Below are positions 1 through 12,335 of a stretch of 50,476 bases of DNA, in pieces. Positions within the stretch are counted from its first letter, which is position 1. Each line of letters begins with the position of its first letter. Source of the stretch: Amoeboaphelidium protococcarum X5 (taxonomy: Eukaryota; Fungi; Aphelidiomycota); assembly GCA_023515725.1 (NCBI GenBank), contig JALDTO010000017.1, positions 1 through 50,476 of the forward strand, written 5' to 3'. The position numbers were made by a program, and so were the translations under genes. A model generated the notes under the pieces. That model searched no databases and was not told where the DNA came from. It saw only the letters and a program-made list of their open reading frames with translations.

Positions 1-146
1 AAAATATCGCAACCGACCTGCGGTCGGCAGCGATATAATTTTTTCCCGACTAGGCGTATAACCATATAATTTGCCAGGGATTTGATGAAGCGATTTAAAG
101 TGGAGCAGGGGCACCACACACGCACCTTGATTGTTCAAATTTGAAG

Positions 147-1730
147 TACAGGTGACCCCCCTCCGACTTGTGTCCACTAAAATCTCTACAAATTTTAATA
201 TCATGTATATCTTTTTGCGCTGATTCCAAATATGTATAATACTAAAGCTGTTTTAGAAACTATTTTTACATTTGCTATTCAGACTTAAAAGTTGTGTCCA
301 GTTGTTTCTTTTTGGTTCTTTGTACAAACTTGCCTCGAGACAATGCCTTGAAAACACCGAATTGAACTCAATTGAAGGGATAGACATTGACTAATGTCCA
401 ATTAAGTGAACACTTAAAGCATTTTATGAGATGGATATCTGGATAGCCGGCCGTCTGCAAAAATTGAGAGAGTAAGGTTAAGCTGTATCAGGAACAATGC
501 TGCAAGCATTTGCGTTATAATAGAGAAATTGTTGGCTAAAAGAGGATTTCGGTGTGGCAGAAGAAGGAAGTCAAAGAGAATTTCAGGCAGGTTGCATTTG
601 CTGATAGTTGGCTGGATGCTTTTAAGAAGTGCCACGACATCAGACAACTGCGAGTAATTGAAGAGCGGGCTTTATTGCCAGAAGATTGGGAGAAGTAATT
701 GCAGCCGTTGATAAACTATATTGCATAATCTCGTTTGACACCTAAGAATGTTCATAACTGGGATGAGACAGGCTTATTCGTTCGTCAATGATAGAAGTAC
801 ATTTTGACTAAAAGAAGTGATGATGGTGTAGGAGCTAAGCAAGATAAGACGCGTGTCATAGTACTGTTTTGCTGGGTACTAACGCTGACAGTTCTTATAG
901 AAAGGTGGTGCTCATTGGCAAATCTAAAAGACCATAAAGGGCAAGTAGTAAGTTTTTTTAAAAACAATGGTATTAAGTATTACAGTGATGAAACAGCTTG
1001 GATGAGGCAAGATATTTTTAACGAGCTTGTGATAGATTTTGATAAGGAAATGACAGAGCTGACGCTGCTGATATTGGACAACTTCTCTGGTCATATGTTG
1101 TTTGAAGATAATGAGTCGAAAGTCAAGTACGTAAAGATTTGGTCTCTGCCTCCTAATACGACATCATTGCTTCATTTATGTATCAGTACATGGATTTTGC
1201 TTACCATCTTCTTATCTCCGTTAGTCGCAGATGGGCAATATAACAAATTAAATCAAATTAACATTAAACTAGCAGTTATCTGGATAATTGAGGCGTTTAA
1301 TAAGGTAAAGTATTTCACAATTTAAAAGAGTTTTCGTAAATGCTAAGAAGTTTACTTCGGACCTGAGTGGATGCCATTAATAGATAATTAGAGCGATGTC
1401 AGCTGCGCGTAAGTCAATGATAAAGTTGAAGCGGCGGCATAATAAAGTGTCGAGCTTCTGGCCAACATGGGCTTAACTCCAATGGGTACTCTGGATTTAC
1501 ACCTTCTGGTAACTATCTGCTATCCGTCTTTCTGAAAGATTATCAAAGAATGAAGTATTACTACGATCTGGAGGTACAATGTAGAGGTGGAAAGGTGCAT
1601 TCGGTTGACCACAGCTTTAAGTGGACGAAGCACTTAATGCAAGTTAATGTGGATCTGATATTTTCAAAATTGAATGGGCATGACGTCGAAGAAGATTATT
1701 GTGAGGTGTTGGAAGATGAAGATTAAGTCA
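147..1730 (+). mobile_element. Decayed pogo/Tigger-type (Tc1/mariner superfamily, DDE_1 + CENP-B HTH) DNA transposon remnant
   Basis: Transposase motifs WLDAFKKCHDI (from 609), NWDETGLF (756-779), LILDNFSGH and LPPNTTSLL (ORF 804-1325). They are broken by frameshifts and in-frame TGA, e.g. shortly after DETGLF. A putative left end TA|CAGGTGACCCCCC sits at 147-161, with TTGTGTCCA repeated at 168-176 and 292-300. No right TIR was found, so the right boundary is approximate. Confidence 0.75.
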
Positions 1731-2099
1731 AGGTAGCAGATGTTTTAGATATTAAGCTCAATCAAGCGGGCTATCATGTAATAAAAAAGCGCATCTTAAC
1801 CACTACAGAGGAATTCACGTCCAAGTAGCATCCGGTTAAGAATGTCCTCCATCCTTAACTTGGCAGTGAAAGATTCTGCGTGCTTGACGATTTCTCTGAT
1901 CTGCGTGACAATGTCGGCGCATACAATGTTATGTCACGAAGTTTTACTAAAGGTGAAGTCATTATAGAATCTGGTGGTGGTATATTGCATGTCTAGTAAT
2001 TAAACTCTATACAAGTAGCATGTACAATCCCTTAAAGTAGGTTGAAATGATACGCTGAAATTTGCACTCTGGTTTAGTTGTCCTAGTCTTCCAAGTCCG

Positions 2100-2700
2100 A
2101 GGATTTTTTGTTAGCCGCTGAAAAGATCTTATACGTCATTTTACTGAAGGTGCGTTTATGGTCGCTATCCCCTTCCGGCGTGGCAAAGAAGTCTGAATTC
2201 TGTTTGAACTGCATAAATCAGCCCGTGGAGCGCATTGTGCAAGATCAATAGCCAAATGCCTCGACCTTATTATATCGGAAGCATGGGAAGAGTTGGAGCC
2301 CAGTCTAAAGGAAATGGGAAAGTTACATTTACATATGTTCATGGACATCTAAAAAGTTAGAGACTGTATATGATCAATTGTCGTACCACCAAGTAAACTT
2401 TGCAATTTGGCCGAGGAGTGGATTCAGCCCTTTTTAGACAGAAAATGGAAGATGGGAAAGAGCGATCGTCTTTGCGACTGTGGTTAGAACGACAAATGGG
2501 CCCACTTCTTCACAGAATGTGACCGTTTTGAATTCTCATAACGTGCTAATTTGGAATAATATTTGGAGAGACCTGAAGCTCTAAGTGACTTAAGAGCAAT
2601 CCATGAAAAAACTGGTATGCTTTGTAGTTTCAAGCGAAAAGTTTTGTTGAATGAATATCGAAGGTGTCACCATATCGCCAATAAATGAATTGTTCTTCTT
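2100..2700 (+). mobile_element. 5'-truncated non-LTR retrotransposon (LINE) ORF2 3' end, copy 1
   Basis: WPRSGFSP / (frameshift) KMGKSDRLCDCGQNDKWAHFFTECDRF is a C-x-C-x7-H-x4-C zinc knuckle (2473-2520), typical of LINE ORF2 C-termini. The frame ends at TGA inside ATAAATGAATTGTTCTTCTT (2681-2700). The left boundary is uncertain. Confidence 0.6.
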
Positions 2701-3358
2701 ACTAAGCTCTATATAATGCTGGGACGTGGTCAGAAAGTAGAAAACTGAAATGAAGCCGATGAGGTTCGCTCTGAAAGTGAAAGAGAAGTGAATAATCCCA
2801 ACGCGTCTCAAATGGTCGCACTGCCAGAAGAAAATCATTTGAAGGAATGGACGTAGTCTATCTGTAATACTTCGTGCGTTTAAATGAGCTCTGCTCACAG
2901 TTGGACTCGCCTTGGAGTACTATGTAGGAGGAGAAAGTAAGCGTTTCTATGCCTATAACAAATGTAAGCAAAGGTAAAGATTAGAAGTCAGAAAGAGAAG
3001 GTGAAAGATCTTCACGCAAATCTATCTATGAGACAATCCCAACTGCTCACTTGGGCAAGAACTGGTAAAGGTCCGGTAAATGCAGTATTATTCAGAATTG
3101 GCGGTAAATCCCCGGTATGCGAGTGTGGACATGAAAAGTAAACCACGGTACACTTCTTGTTGAACTGCCCCTTATATGGCGACAGACTGACCGCTTTACA
3201 ATGGTGCAAAGAGGCGGAACTTTCTGTTATCCTGTAAAAGTAAGACAACTGCAAAAGATTTTGGAGTTCATGGAGAGATCCAATAGATTCGATCATTGAG
3301 AGGAAGAGCATCTGAAAATGACAATTGACTCTATAAATGAATTCTTCTTCTTCTTCTT
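2701..3358 (+). mobile_element. 5'-truncated non-LTR retrotransposon (LINE) ORF2 3' end, copy 2
   Basis: SQLLTWARTGKGPVNAVLFRIGGKSPVCECGHEKQTTVHFLLNCPLY (about 3037-3177) matches the RTG..LN..L.RIG...SP.C.CG....T..HFL..CP motif of Tad1/I/R1-type LINEs. It ends in ATAAATGAA followed by a (TTC)5 tail at 3333-3358. Confidence 0.75.
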
Positions 3359-3674
3359 ATGGTCGCTGAGCCACCACTATAAAAACGCAAAGTTAAACAA
3401 ACATGTGGTTGGTTGCCAGGCATTACGTCAACAACCGGCCCATAACTCGCCTCGATCTAATTTGATCCTCCTTCCGCTTCGAAAGCTGAAAGTCAAATCA
3501 TTTCAAATCTCAAATTTAGTTTTGTCGGCTTCTTTGTCTTCAAGATCAAATCTAATCTTATCTTATCTATAACTATTGTATCATCAATAAATTAGTAGTT
3601 GACCTGAAATTCTACTCTTTCATTTGGCAAATAATATCAAGCTTAGTAAATATTCGAAGACATCTTTAGTTAGA

Positions 3675-5465
3675 ATGACTAGTAAAGACTCGATTAATTC
3701 TAGGATGGATGATGTCGATGTCAGTCCGACAATCACTCATATCAGTAATGTATCATCTTAGCTGATGAACACCTAGTTGGATAGCACATCGGATTCTCAG
3801 ATTGATGCACCTCCTGTTTAGGGAGTAGCTTCCTTTGATAAAAATGGAGCTACTGGGGACGATGTTGTTGATACTCAGCCGGAACATGTGGCTGTTGAAG
3901 ATGCCTCATCGTACGGTAAGATGAAGGCCATATTCTCCATCATGACTAAATTTATCGGTGTTAAGGATATGGTTGGCTTGAGAATTTCCCTTCCCTCGCA
4001 GCTGTTGGATCCCATTTCTAATCTAGAGTTCTGGAACTATATGGACTGTCCGGATCTGTTTACCTGCATTAAAGAAGGAGATTAATAGCCGATATATGGT
4101 GCAGATATTGCTCTAACTGGTGACTCGGAGTTGGATCGTATGTTGCGTGTCGTCAGATGGTGGTTCAGCAAAGATGTGAAATTTATAGTCAATGATAAGC
4201 TCATGAAGCCATACAATTCTATTCTGGGGGAGCAGTTTATCTGCTGGTATGATATCCAGTCTCGTTAGCATCTTTAATAGAATGGATCACCTAAACCATA
4301 AGGGAAGATTAATAGTAATAAAGATGATGACGATGATGATAAGCCGCTTTCTTAGGTGAAATAATCCATGACTGTCTCTACTGATGATGGAGATGCCAAG
4401 TGCCGCGTGTGGTCTGTCACTGAGTAGATTAGTCACCATCCACCAGTGTCTGCTTATTATCATTATTGCCCGGAGAAGAAGATTGTTGCTAGAGGTGTGG
4501 ATCATATCAGCGCCAAGTTCAGTGGCACTTCTGTAAAGATTTTCCCCGGACATTTGAACAAGGGAATATTTGTTGATCTTCTGCCAGATGAGAAGTTTAA
4601 GTAGTGTGAAGAGTACGTCCTTAGTCATCCATCGGCCTTTGTTAATGGGTGGCTCAAATTTAGTTTGTGGATTGCTGTCAATGGATACTGTGTGATAAGA
4701 TGTCCCTAATCTGGGCTGTGTTGTCTGATTGAGTACAAAGACGAGCCTTTCTTTGGTAAAGCTAAATTTGCTATTGAGGCCAGGATTTTCAAGTATGATG
4801 CCCAGAAATATTAGTCTAATGACGATGTGATCAATGCGTATTCCGGCAAAGGTAAAGTCCCAGATGATAAGGTGTTGTGTGTAATCACAGGCTCATGGAA
4901 AGAAGAGTTGTTTTACTAAATGAAATCAGCATCTGGTCAGAAAGATCTTGATAAACACTGCTTGATTAATCTGAGTAAATTGAAGCCCGCAGTTGAGACT
5001 GAGGACTCGAATGCAGATGCTCCAACTTAAACGGCCGTGCCTGCCGTAAAGAAGGTGAGACAATTGGAGCAGCAGGATGCTCATGAGAGCAGAAAGTTGT
5101 GGGAGAAGGTGTCTAGCAACATTATTGGCGGTTAATTCTCGGAAGCTACCAAGTTGAAAAGAGAACTTGAAGATAAGTAAAGAGCGGAAGGTAAGGAGAG
5201 AAAGCAGAAGAATCAGGTTTATGAGAGCTTTTGGTTTGGATTCCTCAATTCTGATGGTGGTAATGTGATCAGTGGTGCTGATGATGAACACGGAAGCAAG
5301 AAATCTGATGGTAATTAGAATAAACAGCAGGCTGTAGGTGGCAGTAGTATGAAATTACACGTTGAAGACAAATCATTGGCAAGTGTCGAACTCGAAGGTA
5401 AGCCATTTTTGGTGTAAAAGCGTCTTGATGATGCTACCGTACCTTGGATGCAATACTTGTCATGA
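3675..5465 (+). CDS. Oxysterol-binding protein (OSBP/ORP/Osh family), ~596 aa
   Basis: Single frame with TAR=Gln. Motifs ISLPSQLLDPISNLE, KPYNSILGEQF and the signature EQISHHPPVSA, whose Q is TAG (4425-4427). Ends at TGA. Confidence 0.93.
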
Positions 5466-5646
5466 TAGAGATTGATAAATTTAATTGACTTTGCGCGTAA
5501 TAGAAAAGTTTATTTTATTGAGAAAGTTGTTAAAAATTCTTTTAAGATATTAATTTAAAACTACATTATATATTCAACATCACATATCAACACAACTACT
5601 GTATATTATCATAACATCAATCTACTTTGAAACAGAGCGGCGCAGA

Positions 5647-6147
5647 TCAGATGAAAAGCATCGCGACTGAAACGGCAGACAATGACGCGAGAGATGCAAT
5701 CTGCTGGCTGATACCTTCAGCACCGTTGGTAGCCTAGAATGATGGATCAGTCTCATAAGCAGGAGCATTCGGAGTGCCCGCATCTTCATCTTCAGCATCC
5801 TTTTTATCATCGCCGCCACCAATTGGAGCAGGGGCAGAAGCATTGTCTTTACCACCAGCATCCGTGCTGTTGTTACCGCCGCTCGGTGATGGAGTCGCGG
5901 TGGTGCCGTTGCCATAGCCATAGGCGATTGGAGAGAAGCCTGGGATGATTTCGTCACAAAATGGAGCATTCACATCGTCAGTGATCTCAATATTTGGGTG
6001 AGCAGGTGCGCCACCAGCAGTGCCATTCTAACTAGGCTGACCATACGCGCCAGCATTAACAGGAGCAGGAGTAGGAGCAGGCTCAGATTGGACAGCAAAT
6101 GTACTTGAAACAACTGCCAGAATCAACGCAACAGATTAAAATTTCAT
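5647..6147 (-). CDS. Small secreted, probably GPI-anchored low-complexity (P/A/G/D-rich) protein, 166 aa
   Basis: Signal peptide MKFQSVALILAVVSSTFA and hydrophobic C-terminus IASLASLSAVSVAMLFI*. Contains ORF 5734-5973 in frame. Confidence 0.8.
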
Positions 6148-6460
6148 TTTCAATTAGTTATACTTATTTCAATTAGTTATACTTGCTTTATAGATTACAC
6201 AAATTTAATTTTTTTTTCTGAAAAGAGGAAATGTAGTAATGATCCTCAGATGTAGTAGTACCACCATTAATACTTGATCAGCCAATCATAGACTTAATCT
6301 ATTCGCCAAGCCAATCTCTGTGACTGAAAATTGTCGCCCAAATTAGCTACGATAGATTAATTAGACTGACACTTAATTGATAATACAACAGGTAGAGAAT
6401 AAAACATTTAATATTTTCGCGTATTATTGAAATTAAATGTATATTCTTCAGTTGATAAAG

Positions 6461-7437
6461 TCATATTTCATCCTCTGAAGATGCGAAGAGGTCTTCATCT
6501 TCATCGACATCTAATCCATTTACATGTACTTTATCGGGAGCCACAAAGCTACCATGACCATGCTTACATTAAAAGTATGTTACGCCTTTAAAACTACACA
6601 CTTTCCAGACAATTATGTAAATTCATACGCGTTCATAAAAATTACGTTACCTGCCGTCATGTCTGCCAACGGGCTCATCGTATTCCACGCCTATCCACAA
6701 TCCTTACCTCCCATCCACATTGCCTACAGTTATAAATCATTCATTCTTCCTTATTTAAATAAATATTTATCCTACCAACGTATCGAATATATCCTTTGCG
6801 CTTTAAACCGTCTTCAGTCAGTTGCACTTGACATCGATCATCAACATTACCATTAAACGTCTCGCTGCTGTGATCGTCGGATGCGGTGAAGTTCTTCTGA
6901 TCTGAATGTTTACCAAGCTTATTAACACGCAAAAAATTTCTCACAGAATCTACACAAGTATTGAAAAGTATTACATTATTAGGAGCTTAATCAGATATCT
7001 AGTCCAAATTACCTTTTCGCTTATCGTATTCAGCATCATCCAACTCAAACTTCTCCACTTGACTAACATCAGTAAAGTTGTCGCGCTAACTAAGAGGTGT
7101 TGTAATCTACAACATAGATTAAACATATTTTATAATTTGTAGCGGAATATCATCAGAAGTTACCTCTATGATGGACCCATCAATAACGCCTAGTGCATGC
7201 AAAGTCTCAGCATCGTGATCACAGCCATTAAGCAAAGGCCCGTCGTCAATCTTCAACTCTATGCTTTGGGAGTCACATCCAACAATCAATTGCAATCGAT
7301 TCTACTTAATAGTTGTATTATCACGATTCCATTCAAATATAATATCCTACTTTTAAATATAGTAAAGTCCACGCAGGATCGACGCGATATTCTCTTCGAA
7401 CATCATTACTATTACTCAAAACTGTGACATTTAACAT
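6461..7437 (-). CDS. TBCB: Tubulin-folding cofactor B (Ubl + CAP-Gly), 6 exons
   Basis: GT-AG introns at 7302-7350, 7107-7163, 6950-7012, 6724-6775 and 6594-6650. The spliced protein has FTDVSQVEKFELDDAEYDKRKDSVRNFLRVNKLG and the CAP-Gly [27 protein letters not shown], with an acidic tail EDEI*. Confidence 0.88.
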
Positions 7438-7565
7438 CTTTACTTGAATCTTTTCAGAGAATTCGTAAAGGGGGAGTCTGCGCGACTTTGTATTTCCTTT
7501 TGCTCTCTGTTTTATAAAGTCAAGTAGATCCACTAAATACAACCGTATAATAATTACTCTTCATT

Positions 7566-8228
7566 ATGAACATATTTGGTAGTCGAAAGACTCCGTAAGA
7601 ACTCTTGAGGTAGAATTAAAGAGCCTTAACTAGAGCGATCAGAGACTTGGACAGGGAGAGGACAAAGTTGGAGTAGCAGGAGAAGAAGATCATTGCTGAC
7701 ATTAAAAAGTCCGCCGCGAAAGGTCAAATGGGCGCATGTAAGGTCATGGCGAAAGATTTGGTGCGGACCAGGAATTATGTTTAAAAGTTTTATGGCATGA
7801 GAGCATAGTTGTAAGGTGTTAGTCTTAAAATCTAGACTCTGTCGTCAAACCAGTCAATGTCCGACGCCATGAAAGGTGTGACCAAGGCACTCAAGATGAT
7901 GAACAAGAGAATGAACTTGCCTCAGATGCAAAAGATCATGATGGATTTTGAGAGAGAGTCCGAGATGATGGATATGAAGTAGGAGATGATGGGCGATACT
8001 ATCGATGACGCTCTGGATGACGACGTGGGCGAGGATGAAGAGGAAAGTGAAGCTATTGTACAGTAGGTGTTGGATGAGATTGGCATTGGTGTGAATCAAA
8101 TGCTGCCAGGCGCGGTGATTGGCAGCGGCGAGTCGTCGGCCGTTGGGCAATCTGGAAGACAGGCCGCTGCCGTTGGTGAAGGCGGAGATGATCTCGAGGC
8201 TCGTCTTAATAACCTCAGAAAAGATTGA
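7566..8228 (+). CDS. VPS2: ESCRT-III subunit Vps2/Did4/CHMP2A, 220 aa
   Basis: MNIFGSRKTPQELLRQNQRALTRAIRDLDRERTKLEQQEKKII...AKDLVRTR...MNLPQMQKIMMDFERESE...DDLEARLNNLRKD*. Conserved Q positions are TAG/TAA (7611, 7617). Confidence 0.95.
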
Positions 8229-9067
8229 ATTTTACATTTATATGTGCAGTACGTTGATCTTTGTATTTTTAGTTTTTTACTTTGATAAATTCGCCAAGTG
8301 ATATACACAGTGTTTCAAGGTATAATCAACGAGACATGCCACGTCCGAGGCCATGTAATGCGAAGGCTTTAGATTCATCCACCTTACAGGTATAAAACTC
8401 AACAGGCGTAACATTCAAAAGAGGAAAAAGACGATAATAGCGTTGCTGCGATCGATTATTAGACGTGATGTACTGTCAATTTAACGATAACGATGAAATG
8501 TCCAGTTGATGTTTCAGTCAGGTAAAGTAGCAATCGATTGATTATCCGGCAACATTGACTTGTAAGACTACTCATTGCATAACGAATTAAAATCGAATAA
8601 ATCAACAAATAAGTTCAGCGCGATAAGACAGTTAAAGTTGACTTAAAAGCGAAAAGCGGCGCCTCTACAGAATAACCATAATATAGCAATTTAGGTATAA
8701 AAGGCAGAACTCTTTACTTGCACAAAACTGAGAGTTAAAACGTGACACAATGATAATACTGCTGTGCAAATAATTGCCGGTCGAACTGAAACACGTGTGT
8801 CACGTTGAACCCGTGAAATACATTAAAGATGTACAGTACAGACAGACAGCCAATAACGGCCAAGTATTTAGGATAGAATTCTTGATATTGAAAAGACCAG
8901 GGGTAAGACTTATTCGTCAGAGTGAAGGCGCATGCTAATTGGTGAATTTTCGTACTTTGCATCTCCGCAACTAATTTTGCGTTCTTTTTCATCTACAGAA
9001 TATTGGTACAATTGATTTTTTAAATTCTAAATTAATATCCTTTTAAGAATCATCCTTTTGCTTGATT

Positions 9068-9673
9068 ATGAAATTGATATTTGCTTTAGCGTTCGCGTGT
9101 GCTAGTGCTGTTATTGCCACTGATTGCCCATCGTTTGAATCGTCGTGTTCCAAGGCTTGCTCATCTGCCACGGGATAAATGAACAATGCTACTTGCGGCC
9201 CTTTCCGTGGCATGTGCTCATGTAAGCCTTCTAAAGACGCGTCTCAGTCCGCGCCTGATAGTAAAAAGGTCCAGGATTTCTGTGGCAGTATGAATTCTAC
9301 CTGTTCTAGCTCTGTGTGTGGTGAGGCAAGACTTGTGGACTCATTCTCGTGTGATGGCTTCTCATTTAGCTCGCAGTGTCTGTGCTTCTCCAATACCAAC
9401 TTGAATGGAGGTGCGATGTTGGGCAAGAATGAGACTCAGTGTTAGAGCAAGATCTCTGAGTGCAATTCTAAATGCGAATCTAAAGGTGGTGTCAAGTCTA
9501 ACTCTTGTGTCGATCCAGCAAAAGCCGTTTGCGAGTGTAATGATGGAAGTGAAGAGTCTGAGGCTCCATCTTCCTCTGCATAAGATAGTTAGAGCGGAAA
9601 TGGGGGTACGTCTCTTCAGTTGGGATCTGCAATGGTTGTTGCTGTTTCAGGCCTTGCTTTCGCGTTGCTGTGA
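9068..9673 (+). CDS. Secreted Cys-rich, probably GPI-anchored protein with three 6-Cys repeats, 201 aa
   Basis: Signal peptide MKLIFALAFACASAVIA, three C-x6-C-x3/4-C-x10/11-C-x6-8-C-x-C units, a Ser-rich linker and hydrophobic end AMVVAVSGLAFALL*. Confidence 0.82.
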
Positions 9674-9953
9674 GCTCAGCTTCTTAGAGATTTTAATCTA
9701 AAAGTTATGGTTTTTGATTGAATTTGATTCTGATAGACTATTATAGAATACATCATTTTCTTGGTTTGTAAATTAATATACGCAATTTTAAAAGGGGCGA
9801 TATGAAGAGGGCGTGACTAACGAACATTATCTCATCTTAGAAATGCTGAACTTCGAAGGATCATTCCGTTTAAAAGTGTAGTGAAAAGAAGCAAAAGTAA
9901 TGTAATGACTTTTAATGCTTATATTATTTACCAATGATATACCTTTCAAAACG

Positions 9954-12119
9954 TCAAAAGTCTCCGTCAAAGCCGACAAAGCCAGTGAGGAGGAAAATCG
10001 GATAGTACGACTTCTTCTCAATCGTATTCGTCCAGTTCCATGCGCTGGTCAGACGTCCATCAATACAACTGCCAGCATTAAATGAATTATCACCACCAGA
10101 ACCATCGAATGCATGCTTGAAAAAATCTTGCAAAATCTCCACTTTTAGATCATACGTTGATTTATGAGCTTTTGCGATATATGACATGACATTTTTACTC
10201 TTACTCAACTCCAGATCAATTTTCTCCAAACAACTCAACACAGGATTCAAAATACGTGGTACCTAGGTATATTTATCAATGAATACCAGCGCATTAGGAA
10301 CATTTGTATCACCTAAATGAACAACGGATGATCCGACCCAGTTGGACGCGCCAACCTGATTCATGACCGAATTCAAGATACGGTGAATCTCTTTAGATAC
10401 TCGAGGTGATCTTTAAAGTCTATTCAAGCCTTGTCCAGTATCAGCCAGTCTGTACCTGTTATCTAATTCTAATAGATCCTACTCTGCCAAGTACCATAAC
10501 TTGAACATATTATGAGTGATCCCCTTCCACAAAGTAAGGGACTAAAGAACATAATAATACTACTTCTAATGACTATGCCCCAGTCTTGCTCCATTAACAC
10601 CACTTTAAATAGACAGAGATGGCTTTGCTTCAGTTGGTTTAAAGTACATTTTAAGCATTTAAATCATTCTCTCTATAGGTGCTTCATTACTGCCTAGATA
10701 GCTCGAGTTGTCACTAATAGAATAGAGGCACTGCTTGATTGCTTCTTGATTAATCTGATCATTAGAATACCGCCTGGACAAAACTTCAATCGCATTCTCC
10801 TTCTACTTGATTTCATTTTAAATTTCACGTCTAGTCTTTCGCCTGACTATAAATTACTACGACTAATTACTTGATTACTACTACTGCTGCTGTCCTGCCT
10901 ATTGAGGTTCGTCTTCACTGCTTGTACTCGCTGCACTACTTCTAGACTTTCTGCTGCCACCAAACAGCTTAATTCCACCAGTGGAGTTCCTCAATGAATA
11001 AGATGATGACTATTATTAAGATGAAGTGACAGAGCCTATTTCATACAAGTCGGGCGATATCTCCTTAGTAGCAATGGCCACCAGAGGATCCTGCAACAGC
11101 TTTAACGCATTCGCCTATTCCAGAGTTGAATGTACAGTGACTATATCAATGACGCAATCAAACTCAAGAAGTTCCCGCACCTATTCATTAGATCTGCTGT
11201 CCATGAGTAAATGTACCAACTTGCCGTATGTATCACGCATTCGATCAGGATTCATAATCTTGTGTCTCCGGCCAACTTCAAAAACCTTCTGAAAGAACTT
11301 GGCATTATACTTATAATCTTTATCAGCTATAAGAGTCTAACCAGTAGAATAATCAGACGCGACAACCAGGCCACATAGGATAGCACATAGATCCTTAATC
11401 ATATGAACAATCCTATCCGCTTTATTAAACGATCGTCCGACAACATCAATCTTATCAGTGTACTCTGATACATTCAGCGCAGCCTCTAGAAGCCTCAAAA
11501 CCTTTCTCTCCTTCAAGCTCAGCCTGAGTGGGATAAACTTGGCGCGCTCAATCATCTACTCATTCACAGCAGCATCGTTCTATATCAGCTACTAAGCCTG
11601 GGACATCACATCCGATACAGTCAGTACAGGACCATCGCTGCTATCACGGACACCATCAGCCATTACCACATCATCATCTCCTCCATTTAACTATTATTGC
11701 ACTCCTGCATCAACTTTTACTGGCTGATGGTTTTATTATGCTAACTACTATGACTAATGCAGATTGGAATCGTCATTCAACCTCTTCGCAGTGTGACGAT
11801 ATCGATTTCCTTTACGATGAACCGACTGAAAGCAAACATTGCAAAATCTATCATCGCACTGCACACAAAGTAGATTAGACGGCTAATCCTCACATTCAAC
11901 ACACAGTTGAGATCCATCGCTACCATCCATAGCAGCGGTATTATTAGATAGCTTTCCGAATGCAATATTATTATCAGTCAATTTATTGTCTAGGCCCAGC
12001 ACTTCAGTTCCGTCCCGATCTCCAAGATGTAATTGATCCGGCATAGAGGTGAACTTTTGGATGATATCATCCTTATTACCATCTAGAACTTGCTATAACG
12101 TTACTTTATCATTATTCAT
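9954..12119 (-). CDS. UPF0652/DUF2009 family protein with N-terminal B-box-type zinc finger, ~721 aa
   Basis: CVECEDQPSNLLCVQCDDRFCNVCFQSVHRKGNRYRH, ERAKFIPLRLSLKERKVLRLLEAALNVSEYTDKID and FDGSGGDNSFNAGSCIDGRLTSAWNW lie in one frame with TAR=Gln. The start is the most upstream in-frame ATG seen. Confidence 0.85.
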
Positions 12120-12335
12120 ATCAAATATATACTATCCCAAATATCTGGCTAATTACACCGAGCAAATACAACAGTGCGAAGTGGTAAAAAGTGCTCAGTC
12201 TGTCACTAACGCAGCGACCGTTCCAAAGAGAGAGAGAAAAACAGGACAAAGGCGGCGAGGGATTGGACTTTTCAGATTTTTGAAATTTGGCATAAAAATT
12301 AGCTAATCTAAAACAAATTTAAGACGATCGATATT

